Positions 23,919-24,210 of a stretch of 24,210 nt of DNA are shown in pieces (positions within the stretch are counted from its first letter, which is position 1; each line of letters starts with the position of its first letter). This DNA is from a virus (lineage: Duplodnaviria > Caudoviricetes): positions 1 through 24,210 of IMG/VR virus record IMGVR_UViG_3300020045_004782; one strand, written 5' to 3'. Under the pieces are notes generated by a model that worked only from the letters and a program-made list of their open reading frames with translations, did not search any database and was not told the DNA's origin. The translations under genes were made by a program, and so were the position numbers.

Positions 23919-24210
23919 TGCGGGAAGCTTCCAAGCGGTCGAGGCGTTCGATTTCGGCGAATATCATGGCTGCTGCCTTGATAAGGTCGCGCCGGGCGGT
24001 GTCGGGCCTAAATGTCGACAGGTCAAAAGGCCAAAGGGCGCAGGCGGGGTCTATGTCACCCCTAGAAACCAACGCGTATGCGGCAGCCCCCTTGGCAAGT
24101 TGTCCTTCCACATATTTATCGTCCTCCGCAATGGAGTACCCTTCCTCCATGATTTGGCGGTTACGCTCGTGGAGAACGTCATAGGTGGCTTTCCCTTGCA
24201 TTCCATTCAT
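23911..24210 (-). CDS. Conserved phage hypothetical protein (ERxRQ..EG..DD..LA..AAxY..WP..RRDLIKAAAMIxAEIERLDR); may be 5'-truncated
   Basis: Recognisable motif pattern; ATG sits at the last base of the window. Confidence 0.8.
   Translation of the reverse strand: MNGMQGKATYDVLHERNRQIMEEGYSIAEDDKYVEGQLAKGAAAYALVSRGDIDPACALWPFDLSTFRPDTARRDLIKAAAMIFAEIERLDRLEASRSA

Larger units (their letters stand above)
1..24210. mobile_element. Podovirus-like tailed phage genome fragment (late operon on +, accessory/early genes on -)
   Basis: Terminase-portal-scaffold-capsid-adaptor-nozzle-ejection-lysis gene order; no tape-measure, tube or sheath gene; no host housekeeping genes or integrase in the window. 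Confidence 0.95.

Overview
The window is a fragment of a tailed-phage genome with podovirus (P22/N4-gp56-capsid-like) architecture, read in the standard genetic code. The + strand (about 111-18274) is a near-continuous late operon: terminase large subunit C-terminus, portal, small head-region genes, scaffold, major capsid, adaptor, Ser/Val- and Gly-rich fibre-like proteins, nozzle, two ejection-type proteins, then a lysis cassette (membrane protein, M23 endolysin, holin, secreted CHAP hydrolase). One antisense HNH endonuclease interrupts it. The - strand (18355-24210) carries a metallophosphoesterase, a DUF4406-like protein, a self-contained four-gene moron, small hypothetical genes and a VRR-NUC nuclease. 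The two arms meet at a bidirectional terminator. Most genes lack Shine-Dalgarno sites and no spanin is visible, which suggests (inference) a monoderm, possibly Patescibacteria/CPR, host. Best leads: (1) a riboswitch-like kissing-loop RNA directly upstream of a CHAP gene that appears to start at ATA; (2) a roughly 310-nt non-coding stretch with three tandem minus-strand RNA domains; (3) an SD-led moron with a repeated boxA+SD motif; (4) strong Ser-Val/Ile enrichment in predicted virion-surface proteins, including a capsid loop insertion. Bases 1-110 are a fold-back copy of 459-568, most likely a chimeric artefact. All family calls come from motif recognition by eye; no searches were run.
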